Shown here: positions 1 to 13,000 of the stretch, in pieces | Numbering within the stretch: the stretch's first letter is position 1 | Layout: the number at the start of each line of letters is the position of its first letter | From: Eutreptiella sp. 'Long Island Sound 2002' | Taxonomy: Eukaryota; Protista; Euglenida | DNA length: 64,000 nt | Direction of reading: 5' to 3' | NCBI GenBank assembly: GCA_964036045.1 | Contig: OZ038378.1 | Location: forward strand, 195,362,001-195,426,000 | Made by a program: the position numbers and the translations under genes | Notes under the pieces: model-generated | Told to the model about the DNA's origin: nothing | The model's input: only the letters and a program-made list of their open reading frames with translations | The model's database searches: none

Positions 1-3000
1 ACCTAAAGGTAGGCAAGGTCCTTTCCAAAAAAAAACATAGACACACAGAAATTACACACACATACACACACACATACACAATGTACAACATGGGACCAAA
101 GCGGGCGGCATACACAATCTTCATGGGCTGAACTGGGCAAGCAAGGTGGTTGCTAGACCTCTGTGCACGTAACGTCCTTTGTAATTGCAGGGGCCATTAG
201 TGAACACACAACCCACCACAGGATTAGCAGATGCCAATGTCATGGCACGCCCCCTATCGCATACCTGTGGATGTGTGCACTGGGTTCCAAAAAGCCTGCT
301 TCTGGCATTCATGGGAACAGAAATTTACATGTCTGAAGTGGGAGGGGGACTTTGGATTTCTGATGTCGCACATGACGTGCATCAGGGTTGTGGTGTCCTG
401 TGGAATGGGTGTGCCAAAGCCTCGTTGCGGTGGAGGGGCGGCAGCAATTGCAGACGTGGCAGAGGAGGCGGTGCTGGTCAGATCTATGAGGAACACCCTG
501 GGGGAGGGAGTCCAGGCCCAGGTAAGCTGGCAAAGCCGTCTGACCAGATGGTGCCCGAGAAACTCTTGGAATCAAGCAGCAGAGCTGTCTGATGCGACAA
601 TTGCCACAGAGCAATGAGGTAGCTGTAGTAGTGGACATAACACGCGGTGAGAATGAGCCGAATCTGATAACAGGAAATGCAGTAGGAGCTGCCATGCCCG
701 TAGGCATCCCGGTGTGATCATGGAACACAACGGTGTGCGATGCACAGAGAGCAGCACACCTGAGTAAAGGGTTAGCCACCACCACAGTGGATTCAGGGCT
801 GTCGGGAGCGCCACAAATTTGGACGTTGGCAACGCACTGGCTGGTCAGGAACTGCTGTCGGTTGCCGGCCGGCGTAGGTTGACCATCAGCTGCCGTCGGT
901 TGACCGCATTCATGCCGCCCAAAATCTGAGGCTGCCGGCAATTGAAACTCGCCAAAAAAAAAAGTGAAGGAAAAAATGTGATGCCGAAAGGACAGCCCTG
1001 TGCAGGGCTCTCCTTCTGTGGCTCTCGACACCGACACTCGCCGTGTGCCGTTGCCCAGTTTCAACGAGAACGCTCCATGGGCCATATCCCACCGCAATGT
1101 GAGCCACGCTGCACCAGCGCGGAAATCAGGGTGTTCGGCGGTGGGGTCCGAAAAGGGGCGGTCTGGGGGGTGGGGATACCTGAATTCGCGGTGAAAAATT
1201 CTGAGCATTTTGACTCTACAGGAATGGGGGTGAAAAAAAAAAACTGGTGACCACTACCAATAACAAGTGGGTACTGCTGACAGACACATATATATGACCC
1301 TCCTAAAGCACCCAACGATAATGCCCAGTTACCGAGGAGGGGGGCGGCATATAAAAGGAGCAAACAGTGTGCAGGCATTGGCTCAGCCCACACACAAGTA
1401 GAGACGATGCTTCAAAGCACAAACTCAAAGCAGCACATGGTGCCAATAGGTTACTCAACCGCTGGCTCAACCGTTGTCTATGGACTGCAGTGACAGGCCC
1501 TGTGAGCTTGTCCGCCACACTGTGCAGGTGACAAAATGCTGCTCCCCAGGGGCACAGGGTGGGGGTCTGGAGGGGGGGCTGCTCCTTTGACCCCAGGACT
1601 TTCGGGAGTTGTGGGATGCTCTTGTCCGGTCCAGAGGCAGCGGGGCACTCCAACCACGAGGCCCTGGCCTTTGCTTTGCAGGACTGCACCGGCTGTGCAC
1701 TGGAGTGCACATGGCCCTGGGACAAGACATGGTGCACTGTTCTGAAACCCAACACACACCACAAACGCCATCGCGCAACGCATCACGACATGAGTTGGGC
1801 GCGACGTGTGAAACACTCTGGTCATTCCAAGTGCCATGCGCAGCAAACCTGGAAATTTCAGTGACGGGGTGGTCCGGGCCACTTTGCCGCCAAATCTCTG
1901 CTCCAGCCATATGCTGGCCCTCACAGCGTATCTCGCCTGCAATTCATCTGGTGACTGTTTGAGAAATGTGCCGTGTACTTCTGAATTCCGAGTACCTCCA
2001 CCACTTTCAGGACTGTCCGTCATGCCCCCCCACCCCCACCCCTCACAACCTGCGGACTGCGGGCCTAGAGCTCGACAGCGCACCGGCTGGTCGGTTACCG
2101 GTGACCCGGCGGTTAACCATTGACTTCCGTTGGCTGACCACCAACCGCCCGTTGCTTAAGCGCGACTTGCCGTCGGGGCATTGATCCTGCCATCCGAAAC
2201 CTGAGGCTGTCCGTACTTGCAAAAATAAAGGCAAATGAAAGAATGATCGTATTCCTGCAGGACAGTCCCGATCAGTTTCGCCAAGTGAGCCAGGCTCTAA
2301 CTCTGCACCATCATATGCAACGCTGTCACTGCTGATAGCTTACACACACGCATACACACACACAAAGAGCAACAGACACACACGTGTATGGAAATGATAT
2401 GGGCCATGGTTTGCAAAACAGAAAGATATGTAGGACTGATGGAGCGCGTGTATCACAACAAAGTCCGCGTACTGTAGTAACAAGGACTCCAGGGACTGTG
2501 GTAACAAGGAGGGCAACACAGTGACCGAGTACTTGCATGCCACCACACAACCACCACACAACCCAGCAGGTGTCGGCAGGTGTGAACAAAATGTTTGGCA
2601 GGTGTCGGCAGGTGCCGCGAAAACTTTTGGCAGGTGTTAGCTTCAGGTGTCGGCCAGACTGGGGGCCAAGGAGGGGGTGAACAAAGGGCCATGCCTCTGA
2701 CATGACATGCCTTCACGCAAGGGGCAGCTACGATACTAAACCCCAAACGACCCCTCCTCACAAGCGACCCCGCGCATCTGCGGCCCGCAGCTCGGGAGAT
2801 TTCCGGGGCCAAGCCAAAGCCCCCCCCGAACTCTCCCAAAGCGTCCGGCAACGGTGCGGCCTCGCACCGAAGGTTTGACACCGGCGCTGCTGCCGACGTC
2901 TATGGCACTGCAGGTGCCAGGCACACAGTCCAAAGTACCCGTTGCACACCGTCTTTGACCCACCAACCGCCATCGGGTTTCCGCCGACCGGAAGGGCGGC

Positions 3001-3051
3001 CCGCACGACGTCCACGCAACAAGGCCCGGCCGCTCTGAAGGCCCCCCGGCC

Positions 3052-3245
3052 TCACGAGAGAAGCGCCCCCAAGGCCCCGAGGTAGCCATCGTGGGTGAGG
3101 AACAGCGCCTGCATGTCCGCCTTGCTCCAGAACTGGATGGCGTACGTCAGGCGGGTCCACACGTACGGATTGTCCTGTACGAAGCCCCCGCAGAAGAAGA
3201 TCCGGTTGCACTTGTGCAGCTTGGCGTTGAGGAACGCGACTTGTC
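3052..3245 (-). CDS. PANK: PanK gene last exon: (G)QVAFLNA...HDGYLGALGALLS*
   Basis: ggcag| acceptor; C-terminal H(D/E)GYxGAxGA motif followed by TGA at 3054-3052. Confidence 0.92.
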
Positions 3246-6200
3246 CTGCCGTGTGCAAAGAAGAGGGTGGGCGGCCTGGATGCCCTTGAGGGGAGCGGGG
3301 GGGGGGGGGGGGCCAGGCTGAAGGTGGATTTCCGAAGGGGTTGTCAAAGTGGGTACTGGGGGATGGGGAAAGCAGTTACCGGACGGTTGGTGGGGTGGTG
3401 GGGGCGGGCGGGCAGAAGGGGCTGCTCCATATTTGTACAACATTTGTACAAAATTAATACGAACATGTGATTCACTAGCTTACGTCATCCTCTGGGCCCG
3501 CTGTTGTTGTTGTGTGGTGAGGCAGGAGGCGTGTTTGTAGTGGTGGGCAGAGAGGCAGAAGACAAGCGGGGACCAGGAAGCGGGGGATCAAAGGGGAGAC
3601 ATAAAGGAAAGAGGCAAGAGAGAGGAGAGAGGAGGAGGCAGCGCCCAAGGCAAGGACACTGTTGGGCTGTCCCTTTCAGGGGACAGCCCTGCAGCCCACC
3701 ACAGCTTTGTGTTCTGTTTCATGATGACGCTGATGACATCCGCTCCTCTCAGGGCTCGTCGTGGCGTATTGGAGTTATTGGAAAAACAAAAAGAAGAATC
3801 GTCGTGCCAATGTCCATCCCTTGTTTCTTGAGTTCGTGTTCTAGCGATGCTGGATTGTCTGCTAGCTCACTGTGGGGGACGTTCCTGGACATCAGTCTGG
3901 CAGCCGCAGTTGTGCTCTAGTGATCGAAAGTGCAATGTTGAACACCACCGCTGCTCGACCCCGATATCGACAAGGGGCAGGATGTGAAGAGCCAATTCGA
4001 AATTAGTGTGCCTCTGGATCTCACGCACTCTCATGAGTCCTTATGAAACCCATTGCCAACAGCACCAGTACATTGTTTGCAGGGTCAAAAATGGGTGAAC
4101 ACCTTCCTCACCCCACAACCGGGCCCAAGATGGCTTATCTGGACACCCCCCTCATCGGGTGATTCCAACAACACCATTTGCGCCGTCTGAATGTCAGGCA
4201 GGATTTGGGGTTCAGCCCATTGTGCCTGTTTTGGGGGAGTCTGGGCAGGATCTCTGACCCCCTCCCGACCCCTCCCCACAGCCATTGGAAGGCCGCATTC
4301 CAGTCAACAACTGACGTTTGCCCACGTGCCCTGCATGCAGTGAAAAGGCGCATGGGGCACACATCACGTGCCGTGGCAGTGATCGTGGTTGTGGTATAAA
4401 TTGTTGCTTTGAATTTCAGCAAAATAGAGAATTGATTGAAAACTGAAATGCTCGGTATGTAACGTTGTATTGATATCGGCACTGTATTGCTTTGATGATT
4501 GGTGATATTTGAAGGCATTTTCAAGTTTTTTTGGTTTTTTGTTTTCGGTTCTATATTTGATTATTTTTTTGACCTCTCTTTTTGAACTTTGAGGTTCAAG
4601 CTACAAAATTGGAATAGAATTGGAGCTGCATTAAAGATGTGCATGAGCAACGCGTATCATTGGTTTATTAATCTGCTGTGTGTCGCTTACATTTGCTTTT
4701 TTTTTCTTTTTGAGATATCCTCTTTTGTGTCATGTTTTGTTATTGTCTTTTGTCATTCGTGGTTTTGTTGATATAGTGGTTGTGGTAGTGGCAGTGGTCA
4801 CGGTAACTCCCCAACCGTGGGGAACAGCAGTGGAAACGCACAGGGGTTGCACACGGGCGGAACGTGCGCAAGCACCCGCCCCGCCGGCTTCACCTTGCGC
4901 TGCCCCTCTCCACTACCGGAAAGGGGGATATTCCGTGTCTAGAAAATCTGAGTGGACAAATTCTGGCGCGACAAATCCCGCGCCATTTCTTAAAAATGAG
5001 CGAACAAATTACGCAGAGTTGGCAATAGTCGCTCATGAGAAACAGTGGACGTTGCCTGTCATTTCGTGGTGGACTTTGGATGGTTGCTGTTATCTGATCA
5101 GACAGAAAGCAGCCATGTGTGGACAGCACAAACATGCAGACGTCGGTATTTACTTCAGCACTTGCGCAACTTCCATGGAGACTAATCATCATAAACCGAA
5201 TCCTCTGGCATGGTACAACCGAGTAAAGGCACAGCCTAATGTACACCTGTGCAAAACCTTAAAAACACCGAGCAAATTGCGTACAACAATTTCGCACAGA
5301 ATTTGTTCAACAGAAACTGTAGGCCGTTTATTTTACCCCTTTCCGGTACCACAGCCGCCTCGCACAACTGCGGTCTACTGCCCCTGGACCCCGCACACAG
5401 TCACTCCGACGCACCGATGTTGTTGGAAATCATGTAGAACAAACTCTTCACAATGTCCTGGGATTTGAACTGATCGCTGCAGCGGATGGGGCGGGGCTTG
5501 GACTTGGTGTGCTTGCGGCGCCGGACCCCGGACTGGCCCCCCGACCGCGGGCTGCGGGGCTCCTCCTCCCCGCTGCTGGTGGTCAGCCCATCCTCCCGGG
5601 CATTGGCAGGGGGCCGGAAACTGCGGCGGTCGCGTAGAGAGAGGCCGTTGAGTTGCGACAGCTTTCTGTTTCCTGCGGGTGGCACAGGTCCGGCGTGACC
5701 CTGAGCCTGACGTACCGACTGGCAGTGCCGGACAGCACTGGACGAGGGGGGGAAGGGGATGGGAGGTGTGGGTGGAAGGAGAGGTTGGGAAGAGGGGGGG
5801 AGGGGGCAAGGGTTGCGCGGAGGGAGGGGGAGGGGGTTGGGAGCGGGTTTATGGGTTGGGACGTGGGTACACTGGGGGAGGGCGGGCCCGCTCCCGGTCT
5901 CCAGATCGGGTTCCGCATTCCGGGATGAGGGGGAGGGGGGGTGTTTCCGGGACTCACGTGCAAAGGCCAAACCTCCGCCCCCCCCCCCCGCGGCGGAAAC
6001 GGACAATATTTTCCTCTAGGGAAAATGAAAACTACCACAGGGGCCCACACCAGGCTGTTGCTGAAGCACCCCGGGCCGGGGGGGGGGGGCTGTTTGGGGC
6101 CCTGGCCAGCCCCAGCCGACCCACCCGCTCTCCCACATCAGAAAATTTTTCCTCGGGCAAAAAATGAAATACATTAAAGAGGACGGAAATTTGAGGCCGA

Positions 6201-7019
6201 TTTTAGGGACACAAACTTTTTTTTGGCCTCTGACCCCCCCGACCGGGTTTCGCCTGGCCCACACAGCCGTTGAAGGTAGACACACACTTTGTGCAAGGGG
6301 CCCCTATGCACGGGGCTCTGCCATGCGGGGGGGGGGGGGGGGCGTAAAGGGCATGAGCCCCATGACACGGAGGTGCTTCCCCCCCCCACTCCAGGGGACT
6401 CCTGCGGCAACCCCAACAGGGATGCCCCTGGCAGGCCCCTGATGAGGTATAAGTGCCACATGCACCCTTCACACGTGTTGGTGCCTCACCCACCCCCGAT
6501 TGGAGGGGCCGGAACACACGCCCGCACACACACACAACACGACACACACGGACGGTCGGGCACACTCTTTGTCTCCTTCGCTTGCTGCCTCTCCCTCTCA
6601 CTTCCCCCCTCACCATCTCACTCTTGGTTCCTGCATCACTTTCCCTTGCTCGCTGCATCATCGTCCCATGCTACAACCTCTACCAGGCCTTTGCTTAGTG
6701 GCTGGTTGATACTATACCGGGGGGTGGGGGTTAGGGCAGGGCGGAGGGGACCCCCCTCCCCTTTCCAGGGCGCCCAGCCTATTCCCAGCCACTGTACCCC
6801 TGACAGCAAGTGCAAGCTTCAATGGCATTTGTAACTGACAGTACCCGCCCCCAACCGCTTTGGCGGCCTCCTCCAACCGCCTGTCTAACTGCTGCTGGGG
6901 CGGACTCTGAGGTCCCTTCCCTTCTAATACATCCCTGGGGTGGGGGTGGGGGGGCTCTGAGGGTGGGTGGGTGGGCCAATTTCACCCCCCCCCCCCCCAG
7001 TATCGCTAAGCAAAGGCCT

Positions 7020-7064
<45 letters not shown>

Positions 7065-10000
7065 GGTCCGCTTGGTTCTCGTTTGCTCGCTCCATCACTT
7101 GCATGCCACATGCACACATAGCCATGTGCAAGGACACAATACCTGATTTCTTGTTGTCTGGAGTCTTCAGTGGCGAAGCAGGGCTTGTGGGGGTTGCAGC
7201 ACAATCCTGCATTTTATCTGCACAGGGGCGAGGTGTACACAGTGCCCCTCACTTCTACAAATCAGCTCGGCTGAAAATATGTTTGTGGCCCGTGTCTGCA
7301 ATGCCGATGTTCTAGCTGCCCCGTCATCCAGGGGTTAGGCTGCAGAGGCAAAGCTGATGTACACATGACCAAAACAGCCAGAAAGCCACATGACAGTCTG
7401 GGTGGAGCCTCTGGAAGGCTGACCCTGGGGGACGGAGCCATCCACCACAGACATCTGGACCCGGTGCACTCGGAGGCACATGACTGATATCAATTGCGCG
7501 TCCTGCTTTCGTTTTCTTCCGTGGTCCAAGCCCCCCCCCCAAAATCGGCGAAGAAATCCCAACAACCGGCGGAACAAATCGGTGGACCGATTTTTCGGCA
7601 AAACAGCTTCCCAGTGGCCTGGATCTCGGTCCCAGGCCCCAAACACACTTTCCTTTTGGTTGCCATGCAGTCAGAGTCATGTGGAACCTAAAATGTCTCT
7701 CAGTTTTCGAAAAAAATTGTCATCCCTCAGTTAATACATGGCCCTTGAGCAGTAATATGCCAGCTGCAGTCATTAGTCCAGTGGTAAATGCATTGCTCAG
7801 AATGCTGGTTCAATTTTACGGCAAAAATTTTTGTTACATACCCTGCAGCAGTCAATCTGATGAGAAAATTGGTTTTTCATGCAGACAAAGCCTGCCTGAA
7901 GTGCACAGGCTTGCCATTACATCACTGGTCTTGGAGTGGTCAATTTGATGGGAACAAGAAGACAAAGGCACCTGCAGCCCAGAATCCACTGAGTGGGGCG
8001 CTGATGATGTGCCTGAAGAACGGTGGCTAAAGAACGAACTGGGGCGTACAGAGCGAAGACACAAGTCGCAAACTGCACCCTGCCCAGCATCAGCGTACTT
8101 GTCCCGCAAAAGAGTTTGATCAGTGGGGGACAACGAATTCCAGGGGACCAGGGACGCGTCTCTTTACGCGCAGTAAAAACACTTCGTGGTGTCAATCTGA
8201 AGCAACAGATATAAAAGGACATGAATCGTCCAGTGTCGCAAAGTAAATGATGCACAGTGACGCCTCCTGCCAGTGAAGCACGAATCAGGTGTCCCAGGTG
8301 TGCCTTTGCCCTTGTAAAGCAACCCCCCCCCCCCATATCAGCGGCCGAATTCAGCCGACTTCGCCAATTTGTTCTGCCGATTTGTTGGGTTTCTGAATTT
8401 TGCCGATTTGTTGTGCCGGTTCGTTGAGTTTCTGGGATTTTGCCCATTCGTGCTACCGATTGGTAAGGTATCTGGAGGGGGTGGGGGGTGCAGAGGGCAT
8501 GCAGGAGGGCATGCAGAGTGCGAGGGGCAATGCAGGTCTGCAAGGCGCTGCGACATACCAAGGTAGTATAGATTAGTATATGAAATGGAGCTCTTGGACA
8601 GCGCCTCACAAGCTGCGAAATTGCGCTTCTCACGACGGCGCGTGTCATCATCGCTGCTGTCCCCACTGTCATATTCACTGGTGCTGTGTTCGCTGGCGCT
8701 GTCGCCCATCGTTGCAGCTTTGCCAAAGCTACTGGCAATCACGTTGCGGGAGAGGCCGATGTCCGGTATATCACGACCACCATAGATATCACCTTTGCAA
8801 ATGTGGGTGCAAAGTACAGCGGTGTTGCGCAGGACCGGGGCGCAACGCTTGTGGCATGCTTTGCAGGGGTTGAGGGTGGGCTTGCTAAAGAAATTGTGGT
8901 GGCCCAAAAGGGCGGAGGAGAAGGTGCAGGATTCCAATCTTTTACCCAAACATGTCTGAAAATGATCAGCGCAGCGTGGGGACAATTTCGAGGTATTATC
9001 TGTTTTAAACCTCGCAGTTGAACCGGTCTGGATGGCTCGCTTGGGGCTTGAAAAGATTGTCCACTCTCAGGCGGTATTGGAATTTTGGCGTCCTCTGGTG
9101 AGTTTGTTTGCGGATAAATTCTATTGCCTTCGGCAAGGCACCTCGAAGAGAGACTAGAGTCAGCCAGTTTGGCTGACAGTCAGCCAATCAGTCAATTAGT
9201 CAGGCAAGCACTCAATTAGGCAGCCAGGCAGTCGGTCGGGCAAGTAGTCAGGCAAGAAGGTAGGCACACAGGCAGGCAGAAACACACAGTTTGGCTTTTT
9301 TTGGTGGCAGCCTACAACTACCACCAGTGGGGAACACTCTGGCTGAAGGAACAATCAGTGTTCGGGTGGTAGAACACTCACTTGACGACCTGCGTGGCGT
9401 CAGTTTGAATCCCGGCCGGCGGTTGCCGGCCCGGGCTGATTGGCTCATCAGCTTTCTTACCTGATCTTAGTTCAAATCCATCAAAGCACAAACTTTTGAC
9501 CACCACCCCACCCCAAAATGTGGCGTTCAGTTTCCAACGAATAGAGGCGTCAAAATCAAAAAATCCATTGGGGGATCGTTTTGTCGGGCAAAATAATGAT
9601 TTTACAATGGGTTAGACATCCAACATCATGCCTTGGAGTATGCTACGCGATTGAACCCCCCCAAAAAGGGGGAATGTATGGCATCCGCGCCTACGCTTGA
9701 TCTAACAACCTCTCTTCGAGGTGACTTTCCCCTGCCCTTTGTGGGAGGGCTCATACTAACTTCCCCCACAGGTGTGTGAACTGTGCAACATGCTTGGGCA
9801 GCCCCCACCCCCCCAATTAAAACTCTAGTGTTCAGCACCCTCTTCTTGTGGGCTTTCTCGGTCATTATTGGGGAGCTATCTTTCAAAAAGGGGGGGTAAG
9901 GTCACAGCCATGGACTGCACCCGTTGGGCCCCCAAGCCCCGTATTAGCAATCCTGCAATGAAATACAATGTGCAGAGTATGTGAGTGTAATGTGCAGGGT

Positions 10001-13000
10001 GCACACTGTGCACTATTCAAAGAGCGCAGGGCAATGCGCACAAAGCACATTGTGCACTTGTAGGGTGCGATGTAACGAATGCAGAGCATAGAGTGTATGT
10101 GTAGTACTGAGTGCACCCTTTGCGGATATCCAAATCATGAGGGTGGTATTTAGTTCAGTTCTGGACCCCAACCCTTGCGGCATGGGCAAGGGGGTCCGGA
10201 GGGCATGGGGTGCGGAGTAAAATTTTCTTGAGATTTGGGGAGTATTATGAAAGCCCCTTTTTCTTTGTGAGCATTTACTGGGGTAAAATCTTCTTTCACC
10301 ATTCACCACAAATGAAAAATAGTAGGGCATTTTTTGGTAGACGCAATTGAACTAGCAAAGGAACCCGCTGATAGTGTAAGACACATAGCAGTTCAAAATC
10401 ATCTATTGGTACCATTCCACTGCGTACAAGCCATCATTCAACGGGCACTACACCATCCCATCCACCACATGTAGAAACAATCGGGTTGCACAAGCCGTAC
10501 AACCTTCCTTAACAAGGTTGGCTAATACAAGGGCCAATGGCATACTCACAGCTGCACTTGGGGTTGGGACAACCACAATCCTTACAATGTGTTGCGTTAT
10601 GCCTCACCATCTCCTCCATCCCAGCCACCCACCCTTCGCATATCCCGTGCTGTCTCGAGGAGAAAGGAAATGGGCGCCTAGCTTGTGCCATCTCGGGGAG
10701 AAATGAAATGACAATGTAACCCCTACCATCTCGGAGAAAAGTAGAATGGCTTCGTAAGCCATAACATCTCGGGCTAGCTGAAATGGCTGGCCACATAACC
10801 CCTGCACTCACATTACTCATTTTTCAATTGTCCACGCAAATCTGAGCATTTTGGGTGTAAACACAGTGGGGGAGAAAATTCTATGCCCAAGTCCACAAAA
10901 GCCAAAAAAAAAAATTCTGGGCAAGGGGGGGTTGGGAGTGCCATTGGGGCTTTGTGCTTTAACGAGGGCCATCCTTGGGTCATAGGCCATGAAGCCAACT
11001 AATGCCCATGACTCTAACATCCAAATGGCTGGCCCACAATGTCCTGCAGCCCAACGCTAGCCAGAATCATGGCCCAACTAGGGCCACCTCAACACACTGA
11101 AGCACATTGATGCTCGGCCCCAATCCCAAGAACCTTGCTAGAAGGAGAGCCAATTAGGTGCCCCTTCAAGTGTTAGAGCCCAAAATTGGTGCCCTGTGCT
11201 GTGCAAGAGCCCAACTAGGACCCAGGAGGGAGGAGCAAAGGAAAGGGGATGGAGGCGAGAGGAGAGGAGTCTACTTTGTAAACTCGGTGGGTGTGCCTTG
11301 CAGATGCCCCTGCACCACAGGCCACTTGTGGAGGCTACGTCCTGAAGGACACCTCTACTACAAGCGACTCAACCAAGGACAAGTAGGGCACTGAGGTAAA
11401 GGAGGGAGGGTTTATCCTAGGCACTCCCCTATGCACCAAGCTACCCCTACATCCTGCAAGTTGTGTCCCAAGAGGCACTTCAAGTACGCACGACTCTCCT
11501 AGGGGCGCGGTGGGGAGGGGGCTAGGGGCCTTGGGTGCCTACTTGTGCAAAAAGTCCCAACGTTCCCGAAAAATTACAGCAATTCTGAGCGTAACACAAA
11601 GAAATATGCGGCAGGGCAAGAGGGGTGCCATTGAGGCTGAGGGATTTTGATGAGGGCAGGTTGGTCGGGTTTGGACTGGACCGGTAACCCCATCCTCCAT
11701 CAGCAAAGCCACTTTCATTAGGGCCCAGGCAAGGTGCTACCAAGTTCTCAGACCCCTTTCTTGAGGGCCCAAATGAGGTACCGTAAAATTGTCAAAGCCT
11801 GACCTAAGGGCACAGACGAGGTATTGCAAAAGTATCAAAGCCACTTTCCTATGGGCCCAGACAAGGTACTGCACAAGTGTCAAATCCACTTTCCTTAGTC
11901 TCGAGATGAGGTACTGCAAAACAAGGGAGAAGGGAGCACCAGGTACCGTGGACAGCTATTACATCCGGGTGTGGCAGAGTGTGTAGAGAATAACTATGAA
12001 TGACCCTGGGCAATGGAGGAGCCCTAGTGTAGGCTGCATTTGCGGGTGCCACCTGCACATATTGCCGCTGTGCCCCATAACGGGATGACCAGCCCCACCC
12101 TCGTGCGTTTTTATTTGGGGGGCATAGACAACCCCCACTTCAACCAGTATCAAGTGTAGTTTTCCTTTGCTATTGTAGGTTTCACCGTTTCTGCGTTTCA
12201 GAGAGCTTCCGGTGCACCTTGCAACTTGCCTGCGGCGCACATCGTTAGTCCCCCATGTATTCAGAACGACCTGCTGGCTGATGGAGGTCAATTCAGGGTG
12301 AAAGAGTGTGTAGGAGGGGGATCAAATGTCTCTCCTGTGGTGTCCACTTCCCCGCTAGCAGTGAGAAGCTTTGCCGTAGTGCCCCCTAGACCATGAAATT
12401 TGGAAGGCACTCTCAACATCCAATGTGTAAAGCATACCACAGGGCAAGGGCATTCTAATCACTACTGTGGCATGGCGGTAGTGTGCTGCAGTTTCTAAAA
12501 TTTGCCCCTAGTGTTGCTCTTCCCAGTGGTTCTGTCTCGAGGTGAGGATCAGTGGCCGAGTGCAGAGCCATGGGTGGGGGTGCGTGGGGGTGGGGGCATG
12601 AAGGCTTCACAAGGGTGCCAATGAGTAGTAAGCAGTGCGTGTGCTGCGTAGTGGTGGGGGTGTTGCCATAAAGACTAAGTAAGCAGGCTACATAGGCATG
12701 CCGGGCGGTACTTCCAGGTGTGCGTTTTGAGAAATGAGTTGTTTTACATTACTTGTTATGAGCCACCAGGGGAAAATAGAATTGGTAGGTGAGAGTTGGA
12801 CATTTTCCCCTCTGCTCACAAATGCTGCGTCCACCCATCCCCCCTTGGCGCCCCTCCTAGTGGCGCCGGGGGGGGGGGCGTCCATCCCCCATCAAGGAGG
12901 GCAAGGCCCCCTGTTCGCATTTTGCGCTTGTTTGCTGCTACCGTTGACAAATGTCAATGATGAAAAATACAAACAAAAAGAAAAAAATCCCTTGCCCCTT

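Noticed and set aside
254-496. MYND-like fragment (NFCSHECQKQAFW..H)
   Set aside because: The first Cys pairs are missing and no partner exons were found; probably decayed element sequence, though a gtatgc donor nearby leaves a small chance of a real exon.
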